NCBI RefSeq assembly: GCF_009834535.1
Contig: NC_045696.1
Location: forward strand, 48,114,001-48,178,000
DNA: 64,000 nt
Direction: 5' to 3'
Origin: Camelus ferus
Lineage: Eukaryota
In this document: in pieces, positions 37,551 through 50,200 of the stretch
Numbering within the stretch: the first letter of the stretch is position 1
How the letters are laid out: every line of letters starts with the position of its first letter
Notes under the pieces: generated by a model
What the model saw: only the letters and a program-made list of their open reading frames with translations
Database searches by the model: none
What the model was told of the DNA's origin: nothing
Position numbers and translations under genes: made by a program

Positions 37551-38382
37551 TCCACCCCATTGCTCATGTCTGCTAATGTCAGTTCATTAGAAAAGGTGGC
37601 TTTTGGGTGAGAGCTGGTTTTATTTAGCACATCTGGAAATGGCATCCTAATAACAATATCCCTGCTAATAACCTTTTTTCTTATTCACAGAAAAGAGAAG
37701 CCCTTATAATTATTAGCCAGTGTCTGCTCTGTGCTCCAGGTCCCTGACAATGAGCACGTGGGCACGGGTGTTACTATTCTTAGGAAAAGCATTAATAATT
37801 AGATATTACTTGGGGAAAAGGGCAATACTTCATCAAAAGACAAAGTGCTAGCTTTGATATCTCTTTGTGCAGTTGCCGGAACACTCCTAGTGCCTGCTTC
37901 TAATCTAAAGATTAGATGGCGGCTTTGCCCTTTTTCTTGTGAAATATCTGTTCTTATGGGAAACCAGTACCAACACATATTGAGAATTTTTATGTCTTAT
38001 TAAAGGTTGTTCACTGATATTTGTAGGATCCAGCAGCCCCTATCACATTATTCTCAGGCAAATTCTAAATTTACTCAGAAATAATGTTATAAAAAGAGTT
38101 TTTCAAAATTATAAGGAATTGCACTATGGGGTGACCATCTTTGCCACTGACAAAGTCTCCTATGATTTACGTTTTTATTGCTATGAAGTGACTTGAAGTG
38201 GACCTTGCCTCAGAGCTGGAACTTTAAGAGGAAAGCCTTTAATGTCACCATTGCCGTATTTTCAGACGAGACTGGGCGTGTCTCAGTCAGCATCAGAAGA
38301 ACAGTAACTGGAGCGCAGTTCCTATTTGGGGCAGGAGGAGGGGTACACTTCTCTGCAGGTACTCGAGTCTGTCTGATTTCAC

Positions 38383-38385
<3 letters not shown>

Positions 38386-38417
<32 letters not shown>
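38386..38417. repeat. (CA)n microsatellite
   Basis: Directly visible in the sequence. Confidence 0.95.
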
Positions 38418-38418
<1 letters not shown>

Positions 38419-41400
38419 ACGGTAGTGCGTGGGTTCTGAGACAACACACTCCAGAGGAGGCAAGCAGTTAGTACTGGGCGATGCAAAGCATATGGAGGAA
38501 GGGGACGGGAAGTTTATGAATATCACCATGTCCTGAGGCTTTGGAGTGGCTTCCAGAAAGTTGTAGACAGAGTGAATCAGGGATGTCTGCCTTGAGTGGG
38601 AGGCTGAGCCACAGAGGCCGTGATCTGGGGGTAGAGTCTCCATCCTTGAGGGCAACTGTGGATCCTAGAGTCTGGAATCCATGCAGATTTTAAGGTAACG
38701 ACTAGGTACTAGAATAGGGGTTAAAGCTTAGATATCAAAACTGGGCCAAAAAGAGGAGTGTAATTTTTGGGAATGATGCAGAAGTCTAGTTATCACGAAG
38801 GCAGAGAAAGTGAGAGAAAATAGATTAAGACCCTCCAGTTCCCCTTACTCTGAGATCTTGGACAGGTCAGTCGTTCATTTTAACCTCCATCTTTTCTTCT
38901 GTTGCATGGTGATGATGTAAGTTGTTGTGAGGAACCCACAAGTAATATATTTGAAAGAGCTTTGAGTATTATGAAATACCGAATAGCTATCATTTATACA
39001 TTTATCACATGAATAGCAAGGATTTATCTTCCAAGTACTGCACCTTTTATAGTCAATAATGCTATTATTTTAATAAACAATATCAGAACACCTTCCTAGT
39101 GCTGTCTTGCCAGCGATAATATTTTCATTTCCCCCATGCCTGTGATTTGGCTTCATCTTAATCCAGGTATATTTTCTGTGGCCACCCTGAGTCAACACAT
39201 CTTTCTGCCCTGCTTTTCTTTCTAGATGTCCATTTTGAGTGCACATTCCTATGCTGTTGTGGAACAGTTTAAAGCTCTTAGTGTAGAAGTTGCTGAAGAA
39301 AGTGTTTCTCCTAGCTTAGGCACATTGGGCTGCTGTCACATGGAGTTTAGTAAGAGAAATTGAGGAGGAGGTTGCCAGCTCCCCATCCCTTTCAGTGTGT
39401 GTGTGGCAGGGGGTGCCAGGACTTAGCAGTAGCTTGAGAGACAAATGCCCAAAGCTTAGAGAAAGAAAAGATGCCAGGATAGAGTGCTTGCAGCACAGGC
39501 TTAATTTGAACTATAAGGAAATAACAGGGAAGAAACAGAATGACCTCATTCCAAGCGAGAATTTTTATGCAAAGGCAATAGCTCTCCAAACAGAGGACAC
39601 ACATTAAGAAGGAAGCTTTACAGCCTGAGCTGGAGAATTTCCAGGGAAACTGTAGTCATTGATCAGGCATGTTCTTCTTCTCCTTCCAGTGTCACTTACA
39701 TGGGAGTATCCAAAGATTATCTTTGTATAGAGAGAACACAGGCGAGGGGTGATGCCAGCAAAGAAGTGACCAGACCACCAAGGCTGCCCCTCAAAGGCAG
39801 GAAAGCAGACCTGAGGGGAAAGTCTGAGGGAGCTCCCTAGAGACTAACCACAGGGAATACTTGTAAGACATTTGAAGACATGGGGACATGGTGAACTTTT
39901 CAGCTACTTCAATTTTGGTATTTGTTAACTACTTTTCCTTTTTTTGGGAAGTGTGCTTACAAAACTGACTTGACTTGTATTGGTTTGACTATTGAAAGAA
40001 GAGATTTTTCTGGGTCTTTGTGAGTTTAAGACAAGAAAGGCATTACAGCCTAAAACAACCTAAGTTTTCATTATTGTTACTGTTTTGGTTTTTCATTTTT
40101 TTCCTGATATCAGCTCTGACTCCCGGCTTGCATGTGTTAATCACTAGTCTGATTCTGCATAGCTGCTAAATTAATGTTGATTGCCCGATAAGTATTAATT
40201 GCTGTGCTAAATGTTACAAGGATTTTTTTAAAAGGTTAAAAAAAAAAGTACATCTGTGTCATTCACAGAGCTGGGAAAACAAAGTGTAAGGAATGATGTG
40301 TTACCAAAAATTAAAAAGAAAGAAATATGGATCTTTACATGATTAAGAAGTCCCATTTCATCACTTTACTTTCCTTATTATATTTTGTTTGAATTTTCTG
40401 TCAGAACAAACACACATACACAGTCACTCAGGAAAGCTCTAGTAATTACGGGTATAGTAAAACAATAAAACTCTTAAGAGGCTAGCTTTAATATTAATAG
40501 ATCTCTCATATGGTAGTGAATAATTAATTCTAAAATTAGTAAGACAGACACAGTGCCAGATGGGAACGGTGGGGGGGATGAATATTGGCTAAAATATTTT
40601 AGGATCATTTTATAAAAGAGGTAGAATTTAAACTGAACCGTAAATAATGGATAGGATTTGGTTAGGAGAAAAGAAATGAGAACAATGTCAAGAAAAGTGT
40701 GGAGAACGAAAAGGCCAATACAGAGCTAAGTAGATGAGCAGGGGCAGAATGGAGATTAATATCTGGAAATGAAATTGAAAAGGGTATGAGGCAGGCTGTT
40801 GGGGCGTCTTAATGCTGGTTTAGGAATTAGGATATAGCTCTTCTGAAGAAAACAAAGATTTATGAATGTGATACCCTTATTGCCATTTTAAAGAAAAATT
40901 TTCCTAAACATGTGAGTACATGTGCGTGTTCATAGGCACAGAGGTGCACATGTTGATTTCCGATGTGGTAACTCAACCCAAGCCTGCCACCATTTGTGCT
41001 GAAAAGTACCAGAATGGTTATTTTTCACTGATAAAGTGAACTAGAGCCATCTTTGGGTGTTGCCCAAAAGTGCTCTGAGATGGTCCCAGACACCTCCACC
41101 TCCACTGATGCCAGCACGTCCTAGTCAGCAATATGATATGGTTATGGTTCATGTACTAGTCAACAAGCGATCACACCTGCTAAATTTTACAAAGTGCTTG
41201 CTTTCAAATGTTAAATAATTTTGAAGATGAATATACTTCACAGTAGAATTCCAGTTTGCCTGCTAGTTGATGAGGTTTGTAAGCTCTTAAAAGAAAATGA
41301 TTAACCTAATAAATTAATTAATACCTGAGGATGAGGAAGGGAGGGCTCTAAATTGTCCTACCTTCATTATTATTACATGCCTTAAATGTATTATTACAAT

Positions 41401-43960
41401 ATACTTCATGTTGCATTTATGTATATATTTAACCAAAGTACGATCTTCTTTTATTATTATTAAATTACCTTGGGTTATAGATATTAGCTAGAGAGCTAAT
41501 TCTATATTAGAATTTACCACTTGTTCCTGAGTTATACCTGTTATCAGAAATGAAGCCTAAATTTGTACCCTTATAGTACATAATTATAAAGTCCCATTTA
41601 CAGACACATCTTTAAGGTTAGTTGAATGACATGGTGTCATGTGGGCTTTTAAACACAAAAGGCTGGCTTTTTTCTTCTCTGTTCAGAAAGTCCTTTTGTA
41701 ACTTTTTCATTCCTTCACAGGAAATAAGGCTGCCTTGTTTGTGGTTTTCAGTCACTAATATTTTTTAAGGAGAATTAAACGTAAAAGGCCACAGCCTTAG
41801 TGCTAATGTGACTTAAGAGAGTCAAGTGAAAATCTAAGGCTACTTCTGCCCCTGGGTTCCTTATGCCTGCAAGTAAACTAAGAAACACACTTAAACAATC
41901 TGTGATTACATCTGTGAAACAGTAATTGCAAAGTCACCTTAGTCAGTTTGTTTTCCTAGTACTGCTTGAAACTTCCCCTTCAATTTTCATTCCTCACACA
42001 TTCTTTGTATATTGGTTCATCCTTCAAACACTATTTATTATTTAGCAGTCTTTATTTCTTTGCTGTCTTAGAAGTTCGTACTTACCGTTATTTGTACATG
42101 GGTCTCTTCTGACCTCTTTATTTTCATTCTTTCTCTCTCTCTGTCCCCCTCCCCTGTCCTCTGCCCCTACCCCACCCCTCTCCAGGAGGATGCGGAGGTG
42201 GGTGTTTGTCTTTGGGCCAGACATCCTCCCTGCCTCTTCTCAAAGCCTGACTCCTTTGACTGGGGGGACTGCAGTGCACCTGAGAAAAAGGGGAAATGTC
42301 TTTCCCTTTAACTTCCCACGTTAGTTGGTTTCTTTGTTTCTCTGCCAAAATCAGTGGGCTACTGATGTCCTCTTTTCAGCATCTATGTCAGATTCTCATA
42401 GAAAAGAGGTGCCACACTCAAATTGAGACCAGGAAGAAGAGAAAAACAGATTTTGGCGAGGAGCTATTAATTTCTGTAACATGTGGCAGATACATTTAAG
42501 TCAGATATATCCATCAGTCATTGAGATTATAATTTACATAAAATAACCCGGAGAAGAAGCAGCCACCAATGAAACGAGTCGTACAAGATTCTAAGTGAAA
42601 CCAAATGCCAGTGTCCAAAGGGACTGTGGTCTTTTAGATGCTATTTCTGAAAACATTTTCTTGCACCTTTAGATCTCTTGAAAGCTAAATTTTCCTTCAC
42701 ATATCTCAGCCCCTGAAGGACTAGGGAGGCACTTATTTTGGGGCCATATGGTGATTATGCTCTGATTTAGTTCTGGCTTTTCTCAGGCTAACAGACCGGT
42801 TGCCTTAGGGTTTTTGCTGGTCATTTGTGATGGTGAAGCTCAACCAGCCGTACCGCCCATCAGCGCCCGCCTGTGCCTGGCTGCTCAACCATCACCACTG
42901 CACTCCAGTCACTGAGACGTGTTAGGTGGGAGCTGAGTAGTGCAGGGCCAGTTACAAAAGATGAATCAAGTGCTGAGAGGTCAGATACATATTTCAGAAG
43001 CAATATATTGGAAATTAGAGAGAGAGAGAGAGAGGAAATGGAGCCATGCCTAAACTATGATGGGTAAAAACTGACAGTCTCTGTGAGGTTGCTTTTTAAA
43101 GACCAGGTTTTTGTTTGTTGGTTTGTTTGTTTTTTGTTTTTTTCTAGCCATGTTAATTGATACTTGGTGTGATTATTACTGAAAACTGAATTAAGAAGGT
43201 GGTTGATAGCATCTGTGGAGGCCACAAGAAACTGCTGGCATCTGGGACTAACTACCTCAGTGCTGGAGAGACCCACGGGGTCCTCTCTTCATTCATGCCT
43301 TTCCCTTTCTTCCCCACTTCTGCAGACTGCTAGAACAGAAATTACTGGGAAGTGTACAAAAAGATGAGCAACGTGACTTTAAATCTCACTCCACAGGATT
43401 TCTCTAAGCCTCACCTATTGTCATATTAACAGTAAGAACCCCGACACATTTACAGATCAGTTACAACAATCAATAGACTGGAGTCAGGAGACCTGCGTCT
43501 GAGTCCTGGCTTTGCCACAACTTCAGCAAGCAGTGAACCTTGGTCAGTTGTTTCCTGTCCCAGTTTTCGTATATTAACTCAGGCGTTTGGTCTAGATAGC
43601 TTTTAAGGCCATTATGATCTGGGTAATGGACTGACAGTTCACTAATGCAAAGTTAGGCAAACAGACTCAGTCACACTGCTTCTATCATTTGTCTCTTTAG
43701 TGGTTTTCTTTCATTCATTCTGACAGAATGTTTTTTGCCTCACAACATGGCAAGCCAGACAAGGCAAGAAGCAGAGGCAGTGGGTGGACCTATTTTTTTA
43801 CATTATCATAATGTGCCTGGAAACTGGGTCGCAGGAGTCTGTAAGTGGTAGAGAGCTCATAGTTTACCGTGGCCATATTTTAAGATTCAAATGAAGAAAA
43901 AGTGGCTCAGGGAGTTGAAATGACTAGTTGGAGGTCAAACGCTGGTAAACTCAAGAGCAA

Positions 43961-44305
43961 TGTCTTAGTCTGTTCAAGCTGCTGTAACAAAATACTGCTG
44001 ACTGAGTGGCTTACTGCTGTAAGCAATAGGAATTTCTTTTTCACGGTTCTGGAAGCTAGGAGTCTGAGAAGCTGCGGTCGACTCGGGACCGTGTTCTAGG
44101 GGGCGGACTTCTAGCTGTGTCCTCACGGGTGGAAGGGGAGAGGGATCTCTCATGTCCATCTTGAAAGGGCACTAATACCATTCATGAGGACTATCTGCTC
44201 ATGACTTAGTCACCTTACAAAGGCCTCACCCCCTAATACCATCACACTGTGCGTTAGGATTTCCACATATGAATTTAGAGGGGACATAAACATTTAGCCT
44301 ATAGG
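43961..44305 (-). mobile_element. MaLR solo LTR (MLT1A-like), apparently inserted in a MIR
   Basis: tgtcttagtctgttcaagctgctgtaacaaaatac...tcacggttctggaagctagg...cctaataccatcacact...gaatttagaggggacataaacatttagcc. Confidence 0.85.
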
Positions 44306-45384
44306 AAGTAAGATACTGAACTCATGCCTTTTAACTATTCTGTGATGTCTTTCTTTATGTCTTACTATGTTGGCTTTCTTCCCTATATTGAAAACATTTG
44401 AGAATCTTTTTTGTAGGTCGTTAAGAACCAAGTGTGGAAGCAAGGATCACAAATCATAAGTGTGGTAACTTTGTCTGCAGACAGATGTAGCAAAACATGC
44501 TAAAATTATTAGATTTTATCCTGGAAAGGTAGATTTTTAGATTGTTACGATCAAGAGTTAAAGTTAATTAACCACAAAGTGACTCAAGCTATTGCTGTAC
44601 AGATTTCCTTAGTTTCTAGTCAGAAGGTGATAGTTCTTTTAAAAAAATAAGATGCTGATTGTTACCATTTGCACATACAAATCAAAATTTTTGTCACAAT
44701 TCAAAATATGAAAAACTTATAAAATCCTTAGACCATATGAAAATGTTTTAAGTATTGTTTATAACTTGGCAATAGCAAAAATTTCAGTGTCTCTTTATAG
44801 AATTATAGAGTATTTTCTTCTTCCATAGGTACTTTCTACTCCTATATCAACACTACATGAATGCAGATATTTAGATATAAAGAAAGGTTCTGCGAAGCCA
44901 ATATCACAATTATGTTTTAAAACCATGTCTCTTTTACTGCTCTTAAATGAATTGTAAATGTTTAATTGCAGCTTACACAAAATGACTCTGTGTTGAAAGC
45001 AGCATGTAATCAAAGTACTAAAATGCTTTCCCCTCTTGTAATGCACAGTGGTGCCTCCAATAACAGATCCTGTGAGAATAAAGTTGGTCCTGGAATCTGG
45101 CCATACGAGTGCTGGGCTGAGAGCAGTGATGGATGAAAAGGAGGATGCAGCAGAATAATTTTAAATATATTTTTTGTGTGGGAGTGCCAGAACTTGAGCA
45201 AACATAAGAGGAGGACTACATTCCCTTCCACTCTAATTTTAAGATTCTTGTACCCGAAAAGGGAGAAACTGCCTGTCTCTTTGGCCAGTAGCAACTATGG
45301 ATTCTGTGCTACTGGGCAAAGGATCATTTCAGGATAGAAAAGAAGGTCTCCCAGGCAGGCCAAGTCGACTTGATGGGAGGGGAA

Positions 45385-45620
45385 CAACTAGTAATAACAG
45401 CTACCTCTTTTGAGCACATGCTCTGTGTCAAGCGTTGTGAGGTAAGGCTTCTTGTTCCCCCCAAACTTATGTGGATGTTATTATGTCCTGTTTTCTTACG
45501 AAGTCAGGACAGTGCGTTGAGGTTAAATAAATTGTCCAAGCTCACAGAACTGTGAAATAAATAAACTGAGAATGTATCATAGGTCTCCATGGTTCAAGAA
45601 CTCTTGCTGATTCCTTTATA
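45385..45620 (-). mobile_element. MIR SINE
   Basis: taataacagctacctcttttgagcacatgctctgtgtcaagc...gaggttaaataaattgtccaagctcacag. Confidence 0.7.
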
Positions 45621-46569
45621 CTATGTACTACATGGTGTTGAATATGTCTGAACTGTATTATTAAGCTATTATGTTATTTTTGCTCTCTGTGCTTTTCTGA
45701 AACTGAGGGGTAGCATTGATGTATCATTTTATAATGGTGTTTCTGTTTTTATCGTATAGTAAATATCTCATTTGTCTTCCAACCTTGACATTTAGTCACA
45801 TTCATCATTGAGACTGCTATTACCTTCCCCCAAGACCAAAGACCTTGGTGAATTAAATATGATCCTTTATATCTTATGCACCTTAGAGAGAAAAATAACC
45901 TTCTTGTCATCAGAGGCTTTGAAACTGCTTTTATTCTTACAAGTGGAAGTCTTGAGAAATTTCCTATCTTCAGATCTATTGTGCAAAGTGAGGAAGTCTT
46001 GGTCATTTCTGCCACGTTGCGTATCTTCAGGGGATTTCTGTAATCCTCATAACCTGATAGCCTATCATCACTCCTCCTTTTCCTCATCCGATGCCCCTAG
46101 ACATTTTCTAACAGGCATGGATGTACTTTATCACATGCTATTCAACATCTTTCAGCTATGCCTCAGGGGATTCCTAATTAGAACTCCCCTTCTTACTGTG
46201 TAAAGCTAAGAAAAAGTTTCCCAGACGTCCCACACGCTCTGCTAGTGAGATCATAGATCATTTCTACGTACTGACAAAGGTCAAACAAGCGCAGGAAACC
46301 CAGATATAACCCTGCCAGTTAGGGAGAAGATATTTACACGTGAAGGTCAGTGGGATTTAGATGATGACTAAATAGCAAAATTTTCAAGTCTGCTAAGAAA
46401 TTGAAAAAGAAAGAACTTGATCTTGTCAAAAGGAGCAAGATCTTGTCGCTTACAGAGAATTTTAGATGAAATAATATCAGTGATGTGGAACTACTGAGAA
46501 GAAGCTATTCTTACCTGCCCAGCCCCTTATTTTTATTGTTCTACCGGTGAACCACAGGTGAGGATATCT

Positions 46570-46800
46570 GGAGGCAGTGTTGGCTAATGGAAAGAGCTGT
46601 CACCTTGAAATCTGAGGGCATGGTTTAGGTCTTAGCTTTACCACGTGTTTAACTTTGTGAGGCAAATACCTTGTCTTCTTGGAGCTTCAATTTACACAGC
46701 GGTAAAGCAGAGACTGTGAAACCCTTTACGTACTTCACAGGCATTTGTGAGAGCAAAGTGAGGTAATAATGGGAAAGCACCTTGTTAATTTTAAGGTGGC
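46570..46800 (+). mobile_element. MIR SINE
   Basis: ggaggcagtgttggctaatggaaagagc...ggagcttcaatttac...cttcacaggcatttgtgagagcaaagtgag. Confidence 0.75.
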
Positions 46801-48199
46801 ATTAGTGTGACTGGCTGTGATTTGTGGACTCTAAAGTAAAAATGCTAGCCTCTTGTTCAAAAACTATTAAAAATTTCAAGATGGCGATAGCAGAGCCTTA
46901 AACCAAAGCCAGGGTTCCCTGTGTGGGGACCTGCGTGACTCTGTGGGTTGTATGCCCGTGAAGCCAGCCCTCAGTGTTAACAGTAGTACAGGTTACCCCT
47001 TCTTGTTCCACTGCTTGTCCTACTGCTGCTGTAAGAATTGAGAGAGTGTCCACTTTCATCGCTGTAGCAAGACTGCGTTATCCTTCTGATGTCCTGCTGG
47101 CTTGTAATGTGTTTCCCCTTAGAAGCAAATGCTTAGGAAAGATACAGGTGACTAGGAAGCTGGACTAGTTAAGTTCTGTCCCCACACTTCTGATACAGTA
47201 AGGGGTTAAACAAGCTTGATCCAGGCAGTACTTCTCTAATGATAGTTAATTATTGTTAATGGTTAAATCTTTCCACGGGGAACTGGATTTATGGGTTTTC
47301 ACTCTGCAGCTTTTAGAACAGAGCCAGTACTTCAGGTGGGGACTTTCTGTACTTGTCTCCAGCAGACCCGCTGACACATGAGCAGAGAATATGGTAGTTG
47401 CCTGAAAAATTCCAGTTTAGCCTTCTCTCCAAGGAGATTTGATCCTTCCACAGGGAAATCATTAGTTAGCCATTTGTGCCCAGAGCTGCCAAGTCTCTAA
47501 TAAAGTCTCTGGAAAGCTGTGGTATAGATGCAGAAAGAGATAAACAAGAAACGGGAAAAAATCCAATAAGCTGATTCCCCTGTGGGATGGTGCAGAATTG
47601 TTTACTATAACCTGGGTTTCTTTCTAGTCTACTTTTAATATAATTTCACAAGCTTCTTCTAGGTCAGGAAGTTTTTTTCTTGCCATCCAGCGATAGCGTA
47701 TATATTTATTTTAAAAACTGTTCTATTGCATGGACTTAACATCTCTTGCATTTTGAAAAATTGTGTTTCCTCCCTTAATGTTTTATGTCCCAAGTATTTC
47801 CCGACTTACTTGGTCCTTCTCAGTAACTGCAAAGAATAGTTTCTGTACAAATTAGATGGTTTTTTTCTTTCTCCATCAGTCAGTCCTGCTGTATTCGTCA
47901 CCATTGCCCATCTTGGAACACGTTTCCATCACCTGCTCTTTGTTGCTGAACTGGTCCAAAGAGAATGAAAACTTTTGGTCGTTTAGCTCTAGAGATCTAT
48001 GCATATATCTGGATATTATTTTGAAACTGTCTCTAAATAATTTTGGCTACTTTTTTTTTTTTCCTACCAAGGTTGCCGCTGTGAAGTAGTATACTTACTG
48101 GGTACCAGTCAGGATTAACTAAAAGAGATTGGTCAACTGTATCCAAATCAGAAAGTTCAAAGAAGAAAATCATGCATTGAATTTTACAAATAAGGGATC

Positions 48200-49270
48200 A
48201 GTCTCACCAAATTCTCTTCATTCAGTCAGCCGCTCTCGAGGCCAAGTCTCTGTGGGTGTGGGTGGGAGTCACAGAGATGGCCTGCTTGTATCTCTTCAAG
48301 AAAGAACTTATTTTTAAGCTGTGGGACGTGTACTTAGCTAAAAGCAATCAACTTTGGCACCTTTGGGATGTGCCGTGGCATTTGGCCAAGGTCACCATTC
48401 TCCCAGGTAACTTTCAACACATCACTAAGTGTGGTAGGGGTACTCGAGTCTGGCCATTTCCACCTAATGTGAGACTCCTCTCCTGGGAGTTTTTGCTCCA
48501 GAGCATCCTATGGAGTTGGCTTAGGCTTTATTAGGCCTGCGTCATAGCCCGAGGCTCACCTGGCCCAGTCCCGCTTCCCTTCTCTCTTTCCTTCCACAGA
48601 TCTGCTGAGCGGCTTGAAGGGTTTTCCTACTCAACATGCTTCCTCCTGCTTTATCTTTATCTTTCATGAGCATTAGCACAGAATAATCCACTTAGTTCTG
48701 AACAGACGCAGAAGGGATTCTGTGACTGACTCAGCATGGACCTCACTTAGCCACCTGTTCTTGTAAAACACCATTGTTTCAGTGACCAATTCCATGAAGC
48801 CTGTGGGATCCGTTAACTTCAAACAAGGATCTGGCTTCTCTCACCACCTCCTGCCTCAGAGCACCAACGTGATGGTCATAGGATCTGGCTTCCTCAGCTG
48901 CATTTGCTGAAGGGGCAGGTGACACCACCAGGATGTGGGAAGTTTATTTCCCATGGTGTGAACATTGACTATTCAGGGGACAGGAACCAGCAAGGAATCA
49001 GCAAAGAAGTTCTTCTTATACCTTTTCTGTGGACTGTTTGGAAACACAGAAGTCTTACATGCCTCTCTAAAGCTGCTATCCAGCTGAGCTTGAGACATCA
49101 GTGGACCAGCCTATAAGCTGTGACCTGTTCAGTAATATAGTCTGTTATATGTTCTTTCCTTTGTTTTATACCTTTTTTTCCTTTACCCCTGCTTCTCTGG
49201 CATTGCTCTTCCTAATAAGATGTTAGCAATGAGCTTTTGACTTAGTCTTTCTAGGGAAATTGCGCTGACA
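48200..49270 (+). mobile_element. Degenerate ERVL-type LTR pieces
   Basis: tctggccatttccacctaatgtgagactcctc and a terminal cctaataagatgttagc...ctagggaaattgcgctgaca resemble old LTR ends. Subfamily not resolved. Confidence 0.35.
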
Positions 49271-49939
49271 TAGGCATCATTGAATAGTTGCTGTTATTAT
49301 TGCTATTATTCTGTCTACCTGAGACTCTGCAGGTCACTGCTTTATTCATACCATCTTGCTGTGCAGCCCAGCGTAACCCCTCTACTTGTTGTAAAAGAGC
49401 GTAACGCTCATAATATTTTAGAGACAATCTAGCAGTTCTAATAGAGAACGAGTCAAAGACATCTGCTACTGACTAGCTATATGTTTGTATAACAGCTTCA
49501 CAATCTGTTTAGGCATAGAATATTGCACTGTGGTTTATAATTTGATAATCATCTTAATTATAGATTTTCTATTTTTATTCCATCCACTTGTGTATATTGA
49601 GAATGGAGGACCTTCAGTGCTCTAGCTTAGAATTTGAACATTTTCTGTGGGCATTTGGGAATCACAGGAGGTTATAGAGAAATGAAGTGACATGATCAGA
49701 GTAAAACTTTATGGGTGTTGGTCTGGAGGTGCATGGGAAGAGTAGATGTTACATGTGAAAGGCTATGGACAGCTGGACATTAGTATCAAAACAAATCCCT
49801 GTAGAGATGGGGAGGATGGCAAACAATTCTCTAACTTGGAAGTAAGAGGAGGGCAGCTGGAAGAATTTGCTGATTGTACCCCAAGGAGTCATTGTAATTG
49901 TATAAATCTTCTCTCTTCATTCCTTAGTGGTGAGATGAA

Positions 49940-50200
49940 GACAACCGTGTATTTATTTGAACATTTATTCAACACCTGCCAAGTGAGCGGGAAAGGAACT
50001 GTATATGTGTAATCACTTTTAGCCTCTTGACAATCTGTAAAGCATGCATTCTTACTCCCTTTCATAGATGAGGAGAGTCATACTCAAAGTGTTAAGTGCC
50101 CAATGTTGCATGCTTCCTACATGGCCAAGCTGGCGTTTGACCCAGCGTTTGCTTACTCTAATGCCTGTGCTGTCTATACTGCACCACACTGCCTGTCACG
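49940..50200 (-). mobile_element. MIR SINE
   Basis: ccctttcatagatgaggagagtcatactcaaagtgttaagtgccc. Confidence 0.7.

Noticed and set aside
38358..38371. 14-mer ggtactcgagtctg also present near 48439
   Set aside because: There is no extended flanking homology. A few 14-mer matches are plausible by chance in 64 kb.
44418..44464. Possible short plus-strand exon (ttttttgtAG...GTG|gtaact)
   Set aside because: The donor is weak and the peptide is unrecognised.
47876..47997. Minus-strand frame SLELNDQKFSFSLDQFSNKEQVMETCSKMGNGDEYSRTD*
   Set aside because: It looks protein-like but is unrecognised and lacks a polypyrimidine acceptor.
48727..48736. TGACTCAGCA (NFE2/MAF antioxidant-response motif)
   Set aside because: It is a single 10-mer in decayed LTR-like sequence, which is insufficient alone.
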